Below are positions 50,701 to 63,223 of a stretch of DNA of 64,000 nucleotides, one piece after another. The notes under the pieces were generated by a model that saw only the letters and a list, made by a program, of their open reading frames with translations, was not told the DNA's origin and ran no database searches. The stretch is taken from NCBI RefSeq assembly GCF_003704095.1, contig NW_020843402.1:372001-436000 (forward strand), given 5' to 3'. Position numbers and translations under genes: made by a program. Numbering within the stretch: the stretch's first letter is position 1; each line of letters begins with the position of its first letter. Source of the DNA: Pocillopora damicornis (Eukaryota).

Positions 50701-53656
50701 GGGAAATTCAGTCTTTTTAGGGAATTTCTATAATAACTGAAATTTCATATGAAAGGTGTACTTGTGAGTATGATCATGGTTTCTAGATACATGTAAATGA
50801 TGATACATAATAGACTTCAATGTTTTCACTAGTAAATTGCATGTTTCCAACAGATGATGTGTTTGAATTGTAATGTATCACAAGAAGAAGCATGATGTTT
50901 AGCTGCTATTGGTGCAATTGTGAATGCTATCATGGGCCCACTATGTTACTTTTCTTTAATTTGGGCCAGCTAAAAGAATTCACTCACATCTAGCCACAAT
51001 CATGGTGAAACAAGTGGTAAATCCCCCCGAAAGTCAGTGAGAGATTTCAACCAGACTACACTTTATTAAAAGAATCACTCACCTGCTGAGTTTGTGGACT
51101 TGTGACTTGTGGATTTGAATGAACAGGCAACACTGGAGAAGTTGGATGGACAGGGGATCCTGGTGCTGATGACAGTGAAGAGATAGAGGCTGGAGAGGGA
51201 ACCTGTTGTTGAGGAGATAACTGTTCTTCAGGAACTACCACTTGCTGCTGTGGCACTACAGTTGTGCTCTGTTTGGGTAACACACCCAGTTGCTGCAAAA
51301 GCTGTTGTAGCAGAGTGTTCTGACTTGATGAAGGCTGGCTTGTTGAACACTGTGGCTGGACAGTTGGCAGCTGAAGCTTGGGNNNNNNNNNNNNNNNNNN
51401 NNNNNNNNNNNNNNNNNNNNNNNNNNNNNNNNNNNNNNNNNNNNNNNNNNNNNNNNNNNNNNNNNNNNNNNNNNNNNNNNNNNNNNNNNNNNNNNNNNNN
51501 NNNNNNNNNNNNNNNNNNNNNNNNNNNNNNNNNNNNNNNNNNNNNNNNNNNNGGAGTTGAGGGGTTGTCTGAGACATCTGTGGTACCTGTTGTGTAACAA
51601 CTGTTGGCTGTTGGACTGTAACAGCACAAGACTGTGAGGTTGGTGCAAGGATTGAAGGCTCCTGAAGAAGCTGTTCTAAGCTCTTGGTGTGCATTGCAGG
51701 GGGAGCTGGTTTGGAATTCTGTCCTTGAAGTAAATTAAGCAGGTACTGGGTGGTGGTATTCTGATTCTGTGTAGGAGTGCCATGCTGACCAGGATCACAA
51801 ACTCCTGGCTCCTGTTTCACCTTTACCTTGGGTTGAAACATAGGAGATGGTGATTGGTCTTGTTGTTGTGTTGTAAGTTTGGAGAGATAGTCTGCAAAAT
51901 TCAGTGAGGATGAAGAATCATCATCTGTATCCATTGACTCTGGAGGTGTGATTGGAGGTGAGAGAATAAGCTGTGAAGGGTCAGTCTTAAGGTTCACCCC
52001 AGGTGAAAGTGCTGTACTGTTTTGTTCCTGATCACCATCAGATGGTGCTCCACAAAGGAAATCCAAAAATCCCTCTAAATACAAAGATGAAGATGTCATA
52101 AATAAAACGATATAAAAAAATAAAAAATTAACCAGTTACCCTACAATTGCACATCCGTGTTATAGACACTTATCATTTTTTCCTAACTGATTCTCCAAAT
52201 CCTGTTGAATTATCTAGGGTTTCACGGTAATTAAATATACTGTATAATGGGATCAATAACTCATAAGACACAGAAAGAGAGAATGTGCAAAAAAGCTTAC
52301 TCATATAGGAGGCTGAACACCTATTTATCTATCAAACACAAAAAAGTTTTATTTGGAATATCAGACATAAACAAGTCAACATGTTAAGAGAGAGTGCAGA
52401 ACTAAGATAAGAACCTCTTTAATTAATGCAGGTCTACAAACCTCTTCACTTAACATGTCACCCATACGTAATATGAAGTTGATCTACATGACCTTGCACA
52501 AATTGTCTCATTTGTCTAACTGTGTGATCTACATTTGCCTTCTAAAAGAGGTTTCAGTAAAAGAGAACAATTCACAGACTAAATGCTGTTTTACAGACTG
52601 CATACTAGACAGCTTGGCTAATGAATTCCATACATTAAAGATTAACCACAAACCTAAACTACTAACTGACACTTGCAGCGATAAGTACTGTTTGTAAACT
52701 ACAATGGAAGTAGCTTTGCTTCCATGAATTAGGCAAAACTTACAATCATTTAATATTTCATGGACCAAGTTTGGCGAAACAAAACTACATTTAGCCAGTA
52801 TTTTGATGAATTTTACTCCTTGTAAATTTATTTACAATCTGAAGGTAAATACACCCTATGTGGACGATTTCGCTTCAGACGTGAAAAGAAATACGTCCTA
52901 GCTAAGCTCAGTTATTTAACAGCACACAAGAATCCACCCCTGACATGCCCTGATCAAACCTTTTTATGCAACAAGCCAATCACGAGACATAACCAACGCA
53001 TGCATGGTCCGTGGTTCACTTAATCAACAACAAATGTCACATGCACATATGCAAAACTGAAAATAAACTTTGTAACATGCTAATCTTGTCACGAGAGTGC
53101 ATGCCCAAAGCTTATTTATCGGTGTCAGAAAAAAAAGTTGGTTGTTGAGGCTTTAGGAAAATACAATACACGAGTGACTATAAGCATAATTTTAATCAAG
53201 CGCATGGGCTGCCTTACGCTTAAGGAAGTGAAACAGAACATAAATTAACAATCCGCTTAGAGTCACATTTATATCTGCTACGTGTGTGTACATTCGCACT
53301 CAACTTTGACGACACTAAACATCACAAGTGAAAAACAAAACTTTTGCAAGATCTTTTCATTCATTTCGAATCATCTGGCAAACTTAATTATGGTAATTTA
53401 CCACCTTTTCTCTGATATGAACGAAACATCCTTGTAACTTAATGCAAAAAACAACGACCAAGTTACGGTGATCTTGGACAGGAATTTAGCGAGTAATACG
53501 GACACTAGGTAAAGATATGAAAAGATGAATAAACTTACCGTCAAAATCGCCTATCAGAGGATCATTCATGGCTCTATCATCGTTAAAATTCGTTCCTAAC
53601 TCAGGTATCGTTTCACTCAAAAGTGACTGCCATCCATCGTCCGGAGGGTCCGCCAT
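44800..53656 (-). CDS. SREBF: Sterol regulatory element-binding protein (SREBP), 13 coding exons
   Basis: Exons 53656-53539, 52074-51083 (contains gap), 50605-50300, 50131-50017, 49723-49394, 48949-48681, 48166-47896, 47705-47539, 47350-47188, 46648-46318, 45841-45457, 45259-45121, 45023-44800. Acidic N-terminus; bHLH-Zip [20 protein letters not shown] with the SREBP-diagnostic Tyr; DRTR-TM1-NP (S2P); luminal GRTLH; TM2; FWRHRNQAD; [13 protein letters not shown]; C-terminal [17 protein letters not shown]. Confidence 0.97.
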
Positions 53657-53687
53657 TTTGGCTTCATCACCAAGCTATTTTTTTCTA

Positions 53688-53716
53688 CCAATCACAGCGC
53701 GGCTAGATCGGGTGAT
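53688..53716 (-). promoter_or_regulatory. CCAAT (NF-Y) box plus SRE-like element next to the SREBP start
   Basis: CCAAT at 53688-53692; ATCACCCGAT on the minus strand at 53716-53707 (one mismatch from ATCACCCCAY). Confidence 0.4.
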
Positions 53717-53818
53717 CTTCGAACGATTTTGCGTCATATTTTTTTTCGGATAGTATCCCACATATACTTGCGATCTTTGGGAGTCGTTTCGTGGAGTGTC
53801 GTGGGACTGTTTTGACGG

Positions 53819-53839
53819 GTTGCCATGGTAATGACGTCA
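53819..53839 (+). promoter_or_regulatory. RFX X-box overlapping a full CRE in the SREBP/TTC29 divergent promoter
   Basis: GTTGCCATGGTAAT (53819-53832), then TGACGTCA (53832-53839). X-boxes are typical of ciliary genes such as TTC29. Confidence 0.7.
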
Positions 53840-54086
53840 CAGCTAATGGTGCTTCGTGATCAGAAAACATGGCGAAAATTGGGAATGGTACTTTCGTTTG
53901 GACGGGAGAAGTGTTATCTTTGATGAAGTGATCGATTTGCGGTGGAAACAGGTACATTTTAGTGTTTTTCTTTTATTTGATCCACCAGAAGGCAAGTGTT
54001 TGGGGACAGATTGTTGACTATTTTGTGCGGGTGTTTAAAGTCTTAGGCATTTGTCAGTCTTGACACCTCACTACCTGAGGCCGTCG

Positions 54087-54109
54087 ACATACATACATAC
54101 ATATATACA
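54087..54109. repeat. (ACAT)n microsatellite
   Basis: acatacatacatacatatataca. Confidence 0.7.
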
Positions 54110-54500
54110 TCTTTATTTAACAATGCAGGTTAGAAGGATTGGCAAGACCGAAGTCCTGAAAGTTACTTTCGAAGTCTCTTGTGTAGAGGCTCTTGAACCA
54201 CTGTGTTTTATTCATATTTCAAACTATGAAATAGAATGGGTGAATGTAATTAAATCGGTACACTCGACCACAAATTCAAAGTTATTGTGGGGTTACACTT
54301 GCCATTTAAGTTCAAAATCATCTCGACCTAAATTGGTCCTCTAAGCAAAAAGAGAGCTACTCTATGCTTTAAAATTTTACATTACATTAGTTCTCTTGCG
54401 TACTTGATGATCAGTTTAGTGATAATTGTATTTGGTACCTGACCAATGCTAAATATTTATTCATATTTGTGTTCAATACATCACCACTGTCGAGGTTTTC

Positions 54501-54660
54501 TTAAACCCCTATACCCCCTAAGAGTGACTTGCATCCAATTCCTAACTCCAACTAAAGATGCTCTTGATTGTTAAACAAGTTCTTCTTGACAGCTAGTTAA
54601 AAAAAGTGTAGAGAACAGTATGGAGAATATGCATACTGATGTTAGGGTGTGAAGGGTTAA
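54501..54660 (+). mobile_element. MITE family A copy with terminal inverted repeats
   Basis: 5' ttaaacccctataccccctaa and 3' ttagggtgtgaagggttaa form imperfect TIRs; internally deleted relative to the 25579 copy. Confidence 0.75.
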
Positions 54661-54812
54661 ATACCTCTTTGTAGCCTCATTTTCCTGGTCCTAGCTGTAA
54701 GTCCAATCATCAAAACACATATGTCAGCATATGTCTCTGTGTTTTAAGTGGAGTAAAGCAGGCCTTTTCATTTTCTAGTACTAACATTTAGAAGACCTCT
54801 TCAGAACTCAAG

Positions 54813-57726
54813 ATGACCTCACTGGCTACTGCGCTTCCTCCTATCAAAGTTGGTGGCCAGGTCACTCAGCAGGTCATTCGACATGTCCCATCTCCACCAG
54901 CCAAAGGTTCCTCTTTAGGAAGTCCATTACGAAGTAGCAGAGGAATACAAAGACCAGAAGGCTCCTTTGTAAGGAGTCCTCCTTCTGATCTGAAGAAAAC
55001 AGCTAGTTATGAAAAGATTGACACTTCGAGGTATGTACATACATGTGTGGGAGTTACCAGTCATGAGAGATATTTGTATTGATTTAGAGCACAAGTGTAG
55101 TAACTCGCTGAGAGACTGATATGTGCTTCTGTCGACTGTACTAATCATAAATCTTTGTTGTGGCAGGTATCGGAATACCTATGAGCACAATCTTTGCCTT
55201 GACATGTTGAAAGAAGGTTTCCATCAGTCATTTCAAGAGCTGTTTAATTTGATGGAGAAACAGAAACAAGATATAAAAAGTTTAGGAGCAGACTCTGGTC
55301 TGTCTGATCAACCTTTGTTAGAAGATCAACCAGAGAAACTCGACCAACTGAAATATCATCTAACAACAGCAGAGGCAGCAAAGAGAAGGGGTGAGTTACA
55401 AATATGTGATGTACTGATATCCACCATTGGTATAGATATCATGAAGATATGAAATTAACTATTGCTTGTTTTTCTCCCTTTAATTTTTAGGCAAGATGGA
55501 CCAAGTTTATCACAGCTTATTGGCCCTGGCAAGATTCTTTGAAGAGGCTGGTGACTTTTGGCTTTCAGATCACTTTTATGGCTCTTGTTTGAAGACAAGT
55601 CTGAAGATTAGAGGAGATGGAAGAAGGAAGGAATCAGAGGCTAACTGCAACATGGGATTGGCCTCTGAGAAAAGAGGTAAAATTGTTGATCAAAAGACAA
55701 GGTCCAACAACATCTGATGTTTAGATCAATTCTTTTTATGGTTTCCCTGTCTTAAAGCTTATGAAATATGTTATTTCAAAAAATATATTAAAATTATAAA
55801 AATATATTAAGTTTTGCAAACAAAGACAAACTAGAGTGTGTACAATAATGCTGTTAGTGGTAACTTATTCATGATTTTTTATTTACAGGGGACTTGTTCA
55901 AAGCAGCAGAGTATTTAGAATCATTTTACAACTTGACTAAAGGGCGACTGTGGCAGACAGATGATGGAGAAAATCTACATTCACTCTCTTGTGGACACCT
56001 TAGGAGAGTGTATACAACCATGGCAGATGAGGTATAGTGCAAACAATATCTTAGGCTGGAAAATTTGACTTGGATCTCTGATATTAAACCAGAAGTGAAT
56101 ATAGATCTACTATGTAACGTGTTCTATTTATTTCCAATCTGTGATTTTTCTTTCAATTTTCATAGGTTAAAGAGGTTGACTTGATGAAGTCAATAGAATA
56201 TCTCCTGAAAGCATATGGAATGGCAAAAGAAAGTAAGTCTGAAAATTCCAGGAGCATTCTCTTTTGCTGTTTGCCTGTCTGTCTCCCTTCCTCTTGACTG
56301 ATATATTTTAATGCCCATAATAATATTTTTTTTAGGCAGATAAATGATCTTGCAATTTCCATTTCCATCTGTAAAATCAAACAAACAAACTTCTATGATT
56401 CTGGCTTTGTGATAGGTGGTGATAGTCAACAAGAAGGTTTGGCTGGCTATCGCTTGGGAAGTGCTTATGAGGAGATTGGAGATGCTGAAACAGCCATTCT
56501 GGTAAGAAATAAGAGAGGTTTCATCAGTAAGATAATTTGTCTTGGTGTAATGGTGTAACTGGCAACTCAGTTTACAGATAGCTAATTATCATGCTTGATA
56601 TATTTTTTAGTATCATAATGGGTACTTGGAGAAATGCCAGCAGAACACAGATGATGTTGGAATGGGGAGAGCTTGTCAGGCCTTAGCAAGAGCTTATGAG
56701 TTGTAAGTTCTTTTATTTTGTCTAATAATTTTCCAAAACATGCACTAGCAAGGTAGCAGATATACAATTTGGCAAATGTTTGCTATTAAATAAACCATCA
56801 CTTTAAAGAAGTTTCAACCTGAATTTTTTATTTGTTTAAGTTAAGTTTTTGGGTGTGTGTAAGCAAGGGTATAATTGATTCCTTTCACAGGCAAGGAGAT
56901 GTGGAAAGTGCTATGAAGTATCTTGAGATGTTTGTTGAGTTGGCTGATCGATCTCAGCAATTACCAGAACAACAGAGAGCTTGTACAAGTCTTGGTTCTA
57001 TTTATAACTCCCTGGTAAGACAAGAGACCTGTGCATGGCACATTTGAACTTTATTATTCATTCAATATCCTTTATTTTCTTTAGCTATTCCAAAGTTGTG
57101 CAAATAGTTTTTTGAGCCTTATACATGAACTGAGCTGCTAGCTAGCCTTATCCATCTATTGCTATTTGTGAGGTGTGATTGGAAGGAAACCAGCCAATAT
57201 TCAGCGGCCACAGATATAGCATCATGATTTTCTGACAAAAGTTCCCTTTATTTCCTTTATTCAGGGAAAGTATGAAGATGCTGTGCGCATGTACAGGAGA
57301 GGCTTTGAGATAGCTCAGGATCTGGCTGCAGTTGAAACCACTGAAACAACAAGAGTGGAATATGGAGTTGCTTTGGCACACACTCTTCTTGCAGGCTACT
57401 CTCAATGTATGGATCAGGTTAGCAAGAGTAATATACAAAGACTGCTTGACTTTAAGAGCTCAAGATGGGACACTTTCTCAGAAGAAGCAACTCTTGGTGA
57501 TGAAGAGGGTGAAGAGAATGAAGGAAGTCAGCCAAGCAGTGTTGTGGGTACAGGAGAAAGTGAGGACTCAGTTGAGGGGGAGGGTGACAAGGAAACTAGA
57601 ACTACTGACCCTACTGCCGAAGGAGAAACCAAGGATGTGCAAATGAATGGTGGATCAGATTCAGGGGTGACAAGTGAAGGAGAGAATGGGAAAGATGACC
57701 ATCTTGAAAGTCAACCAACAGAGTAA
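54813..57726 (+). CDS. TTC29: Tetratricopeptide repeat protein 29 (motile cilium/flagellum), 9 coding exons
   Basis: Exons 54813-55030, 55167-55390, 55491-55676, 55889-56031, 56166-56232, 56416-56501, 56611-56702, 56891-57014, 57265-57726. YRNTYEHNLCLDMLKEGFHQSFQELFNLM, PLLEDQPEKLD, WLSDHFY..C, ESEANCNMGL and LTKGRLWQ match TTC29 as I recall it. TPR repeats; acidic tail. Confidence 0.92.
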
Positions 57727-58267
57727 AGTATTTGCAAAAGAACATTGAAACAAAAAAAGATAAATGTATACATGACTTGTGAGATATAATTCATTCAAAC
57801 TGAGTGTGAGCAGAACAAGGGTCCACTGGGAGTCACACCAGATTTTGCTGAAGAATGGGTCAGTGTACTCCAGTCAGTAACCTTTGGCAAAGTGATCCTA
57901 TTTTCTTACAAATGAACAAAGATTCCCTTTTGATGTGACTAATTTGCCGGACCATCTAATCTTTAAACAGAGTGTTATGAGAATGGCAGGCTGCTTTATT
58001 TATTTCTTGTCACAATTCATCATTCCTCTGTTAAATTGAAGGGTTTGTTACCAGTGACTGTTTTGTTTTTTTTTTAGGTATTAAGATACAGAAAGTTTAC
58101 ATTTTACATAATGTGCTTGGCATGCACTACACAATCGACTATTTCTACATTGTACATATGAGTATCATTGTAAAAATGTAAATTAAATCTCCCTTTGTGT
58201 GTGGTGGTAGAAGTTGTGCTTTTACTTCCAGTATCAAATCATAAAAACTTCTTGCAGTAATAAAAAA

Positions 58268-58898
58268 TTATGGGGTGCCAAACCAGTCAATATTCCCTCA
58301 GTCTGTATTTCTGTGACCTAGTCTACTTTTTACATGGTCAATTCAACTTTTTATATGGTCAACTTTTTACTTTTTATATGGTCAACTAAAGTTTTTATGT
58401 GGTCAACTTTTTACTTTTAATAAGGTCAATTTTTACTTTTCATATGGTCAACTTTTTACTTTTTATATGGTAAAGTTGACTTTTTTACATGGTCAACTTT
58501 TTTCATATGGTCAACTTTATACTTTTTATATTGGTCAATGTAAAATGTAGACTGTAGACTTCAGACTTCAGACTAATAAAGTGCAGACTGAGGGTAAAAT
58601 GCAGACTAAAACTAACTGTTTATGACTGTGGTCTTGACCTGATTGTGAAGCGCAAGAGCAAAGTGTTGAATGTCTTGAAGCTTCTGATACAGAGCACCAA
58701 TTCCAAGATCATGCCTACCTTCACAGTAGGTGAAGTCAAGGTGAAAAAAAGTAAAAAGTGATCTTATTAAAAGTAAAAGGTTGACTGCATAAAAACTTTA
58801 GTTGACCATATGAAAGGTAAAAAGTTGAATGTATAAAAAGTGAACAAGGTCACACAAATACAGACTGAGGGAATATTGACTGGATTGGTGCCCCATAA
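58268..58898. mobile_element. Foldback-type element: ~55 bp terminal inverted repeats plus subterminal tandem array
   Basis: ttatggggtgccaaaccagtcaatattccctcagtctgtattt.tgtgacct versus aggtcacacaaatacagactgagggaatattgactggattggtgccccataa. About ten tttt(t/c)a(t/c)atggtcaact units at 58325-58540, mirrored by agttgaccatatgaaa at 58800. Confidence 0.85.
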
Positions 58899-59791
58899 AA
58901 AAATTGTTTGATGTTGGGCTTTTATCGACATTCAGATGCAACCATGCTACTTGTAGACAAGACCACTCAACATTACTCATCATTTAAGAAGTTTATTTTC
59001 ACATCACTGCTCGTTACAATGCTATTACTGCTCAGTTACATGACACAACCATCAAGCACATTGAATAATTATTAACCACAACCAAAATCTTCACTCAAAT
59101 AGTTTGAACCCTTCTACAATGGGTTTTTTTTTCACTCTTCAAAATTTGATTCACCTCCAATAAAAACAAAGGAACTTTTGTACAATGGAATTGAACTCAT
59201 CAAAATCCAAAATCCAAAACACCTTTTGAATGCATGAAAGGCCATAAATGAAATGTCAACTTCAGATTTAGACAAAGTAGCAAGAAGTTGCCTCCTCCCT
59301 TGGCAATTAACTGTAACAAACATTATTTGGTAATCTTATGAGGGAACTAGAAAAAAAGATAATTTTCACTAAAAAAAAAAATTGAACCTCTTGAATGGCA
59401 AAAACATTCAACTGGTCTTGAAGGTATTTCTCCTCCTATTCATGTTTCTCTCAATGTTACTACAGCAGAAGAAATTACAAATCCTGAGAGGAAAAGGCCT
59501 CTATTCCAAAAGGCACCAGAAAATTTTTTTCTAAATTTCTGTAATTATCACTTAAAAATTAAAACTTAATACATTTGGCTATACAATCATTTAGTTTCCA
59601 GAAGGCTCCCAGATACCAGATCTGTCTAATTTTTTTGAAACAGTTCTATGCAGTTGACATTTCATATGCATGATTCCAATGGTTAGCAATTCCCACAAAC
59701 TTAGTACATGCTAAATTAAACTGAAAAATTACCACACAAAAAACAACAACAATTGGCTACATATTAGGCAGGATGCACTGTGAGATGTCCA

Positions 59792-62510
59792 TCAATTCTT
59801 CCCCTCAAACTGCATGGCATCAAGGACTTTGTTGAGATCATAACCCTTGGTAGTTATCAATTGCCGCAGCCAGCCACTGTCATCTTCAAATCCCATTGCA
59901 CGCATCTTTGCTATGGCTACCTCCAGAGGGTCAGATGGGACTTCTTCATCAACTGTTCCAGAGGCTCCTTCTTGTGTCTCAGCATTCTCATCAACCAAAA
60001 CAAACTCCTCTGGAGGCTGGACATCCTAAAAAAACACACTTAGGTTATTTATACTCAAGTAATTACAGCTGGCAGTTTCATGAGGTACAAATATGTCAGC
60101 ACATACCCCCATCCATGGATGGGTAAGTGCCTTTCAGATCTAAGGGGTGGCAGAAAGTACTTTGAAAAGTGGAGGGTCATGCTTTTTTTTCCATCCTCAA
60201 ATTATGCACGGTTGCTGCTATTTAAGAACACTGGGATGTGGAAACCCACATAACCCAAAAATGCATGCTTGACAGATCATTGCAACTTGAATGTAACATA
60301 TTTTCCTGTCATTTATAGATTCCTACCATAACCCAAGTCATGCAGTTACAATGAAGAGGAGTTGTACTGCTGTAATGATTAAGAAAATTTACTAACACAG
60401 GGTTTGGCATCTCCCAAGTCTAGTATTTCAGCATGCACCACCACTTATATGGGTGAACTTAATCCATTTTTCATATCGAGAAAATATGTTAGATTGTGAT
60501 AAATTGTCCCAAAGTGATTTCCTAACCATTGCAGAGGTTTCTTTTTCATTTGTTTGTGTGACATTTCCTGGAGCACTTTCATTCATGCCATCATTAACTG
60601 TTGGTTCTGTGAATTCTTCAGCAGGACCAGTATCTGCAGTAGGTTGTTGGTCACTTTCCTGACATCTGCCTTGACAACAATCTGCATTTATAATCAGAAT
60701 CATGACATTAAAGAAACACAGCATTTCCTCCCCATTCACAATTAATTGTTTCTTTAAACATTTCCCAGAAATCTGTGATGCAAGAATGTGAGTGTTATTC
60801 CTTAGTACCCAAAGCTATGAACAAAATCATCTTTTCCAATCCTGAAGTTAAGGCTATTTATCCCACAGGAAGTTTCCAAAATTTAATTCATAACACTCAT
60901 AACTTTTTATTTGTTCACTTATTTAGGAATTATAACAACCTCTAGCCAAAATCAAAACATGTTCTATACTAATGAAGTCAAGCAATCCAGTTGACGTGCA
61001 AGGCTTCTGTAAATGCATACCTTCCTCAGTACTTGCATATGTGTGCACCTCTACACCCAGAGGCCCAAGAAATGACGCAATCGTCTCTCCAACGGCATGA
61101 AGAAAGGGCGGTCCAACAGGAACCTCTCCAGTGTTGGCCTCTGTATGGCGATCACATTTCTTTCCACCACTGTTGCAACGGCCTCTGGCTTTGCCACAAC
61201 GACCACGACCCCCTCTGCGGCCAAATCCACGTCCCCACGGGCCAAATCCACGTCCAAAGTCAAATTGATAGGGAGGAATTCCATGAGGAGGAGGAGGACC
61301 ATGAGGGGGGTGGTGTGGTGGATGACCATGAGGGGGGTGGTGAGGTGAGTGACCATGTGGGGGGTGGTGAGGTGGATGACCAAATCCAAATGGGTTGAAG
61401 CCACGGAACCAGTTGTCTCCAGGAGTTCTTGGTGTTGCAATACGTAGCATCTCATGTTCCTTATGCATTCCTTTAGTCTCACAGGTCATGCAAAGGTCAA
61501 AGTCTGGGCAAACCACACACTTGAACCGGATCCCAAAGATGTGCTTCTCACAACCATCGCACACCACACCAGGGTGGGCTGTGTCAGAGTCCTGTTGTTC
61601 AGCTGAGTCCTCTGAAAAATATAAAGGTCAACAAAATCAATGCAAATTTAGTAATGTTGGTGTTTATCCTTATAAAAATATGTCAACAGTCACAAGAAAA
61701 AAGTAAAGACGAAAAGAAAAATTTAACTGGCAGTAAACGGGATTCAGTGTAACTGCTGGCTCATGATGATCAGGCAAAAAGATTTCCCTTTCACACCTAC
61801 TTAGTTGGACCTGCCACGTCACCTACTGTATGGAAAACATTCTTGATGAATGTGCAAGAAAAAATAATTGTATCCGACAGTAAGCTCGAGGCTTAGTTTT
61901 TTCGATCGGTCAGTTGGAAAACAAACAGATGGAAAAAGTATAACATCTTACCATCATTACTGGCGTCCGGTTCACCACCTTTCACAAACACACGAAACAC
62001 ATCGCCACTGATACTTCCCAATGCTTCCACCAACTCTTCATCGCTCGAAAATGTTATCATCTCGTTGTCGGCATCTACGAAGAGAAAAATATGGAGTACA
62101 TTCAGTTACATAACAAAACATTGGAATAAAAACAGATATAAGAATTGGCATCGGCCCTTCTATCCTTTAGTCTGTTGGTTAAAATCTTTAGGAAATTTGT
62201 TCTTCCAAACTTTGTATCTGTCCCTGTTTAAGAAAACAGCTTTTAAGTGAAACTTGTACTGGTACAAAACATAGAGAACTCGACATTTCCAGTCACAAGA
62301 GATCGAGCGTGCAAAGCGAATTAACAGAAAACCGATTATCTTACCTTTCCAAAACAATTTGAACACCTTGCCCCTGACGGATGGAAAGACCTGCTCGATC
62401 TTCTGCCTCAAATAGGCAAAATTGGCCGAGGCACCTTCGTCGATAGCAAAACGACGAATTTCTTGCTGATTGGTTTCTGGGTTCAAATATGCCTTCACCG
62501 AGAGGGCCAT
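59792..62510 (-). CDS. SQSTM1: Sequestosome-1 / p62 autophagy receptor, 5 coding exons
   Basis: Exons 62510-62345, 62074-61952, 61611-61021, 60681-60527, 60025-59792. PB1 (MALSVKAYL..EIRRF..WKDADNEMITFSSDEEL), ZZ finger (HPGVVCDGC..RFKCVVCPDFDLC..C..H..H), FLHAVGETIASFLGPLGVEV, LIR-like EEFVLV, UBA (MGFEDDSGWL). Confidence 0.96.
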
Positions 62511-62609
62511 CTCTTTTCTTGTGTTCCACTAGAATACAGTGAGAATTACTGATACAAACTGATCGATCACTTGCACAGGAATAAAATGAAAACCACGTGT
62601 CACTGTGAG

Positions 62610-62616
62610 TTTTATA
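62610..62616 (-). promoter_or_regulatory. Candidate TATA box of SQSTM1
   Basis: TATAAAA on the minus strand about 100 nt upstream of the ATG; E-box CACGTG at 62594-62599. Confidence 0.5.
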
Positions 62617-63201
62617 AGGCAATCCTATGTGCTCGAAAAACGTTCGAATACGTTTGTCAGCAAGTTTTCTGCCTTGTCATAAATGGAAGGTGTTTGTAAA
62701 TAAAGGATGATGGTATACGTCACCTGAGCTCGGTCGGGAAAACTGGAGATAGGAAACTTTTGTGCCGTGTGGGCTCCGTGCGGGTTTCTATCTCCACCCT
62801 TCGCAGGCTAGGGAAGAAGGCCCGTAGTTCATTGAGCGTGCTACATTTTCTCTAATGTTCTTAGTATGTGGCGTATTTTTCCCCGACGTAATTCGTGGCA
62901 TGAGTCCAAAGAAGTCCTGATGAAAAGACGACAGAATAATTTTTTTCGCCGAGGTCCCGCTTGTCTATCATACACACCGTCAATTTTAGAAAGACTAGAC
63001 TCGTCAAAAACGAGAGAGGTGACTCTGATCAATATTCGATAAAACAACTGCTGTACGGGAAATCAGTCTCCTGGTCTCTCTTTCGAGAGCAAGGAATATT
63101 ATGTTCGAGGACCAGACCTGGGAAAAAATTATCTGCATCCAGGCCCCAAATAAGAGAAGTACCCAGTTCCACTAGAAATATGAGAGGTGCATCTGCGGTA
63201 T

Positions 63202-63223
63202 GTCATGTGACGATGAGTCAGCA
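63202..63223. promoter_or_regulatory. Adjacent CLEAR/M-box (MiT/TFE) and ARE (CNC-sMaf/AP-1) motifs upstream of SQSTM1
   Basis: GTCATGTGAC (63202-63211) and ATGAGTCAGCA (63213-63223). Confidence 0.6.

Noticed and set aside
44800-53656. Intronic miR-33 in SREBP
   Set aside because: I could not find GTGCATTGTAGTTGCATTG or a matching hairpin in the introns by eye; miR-33 is a bilaterian family.
58325-58540. CRISPR-like repeat array
   Set aside because: Units are short, degenerate and T-rich with no unique spacers and no cas genes; they are subterminal repeats of a foldback element.
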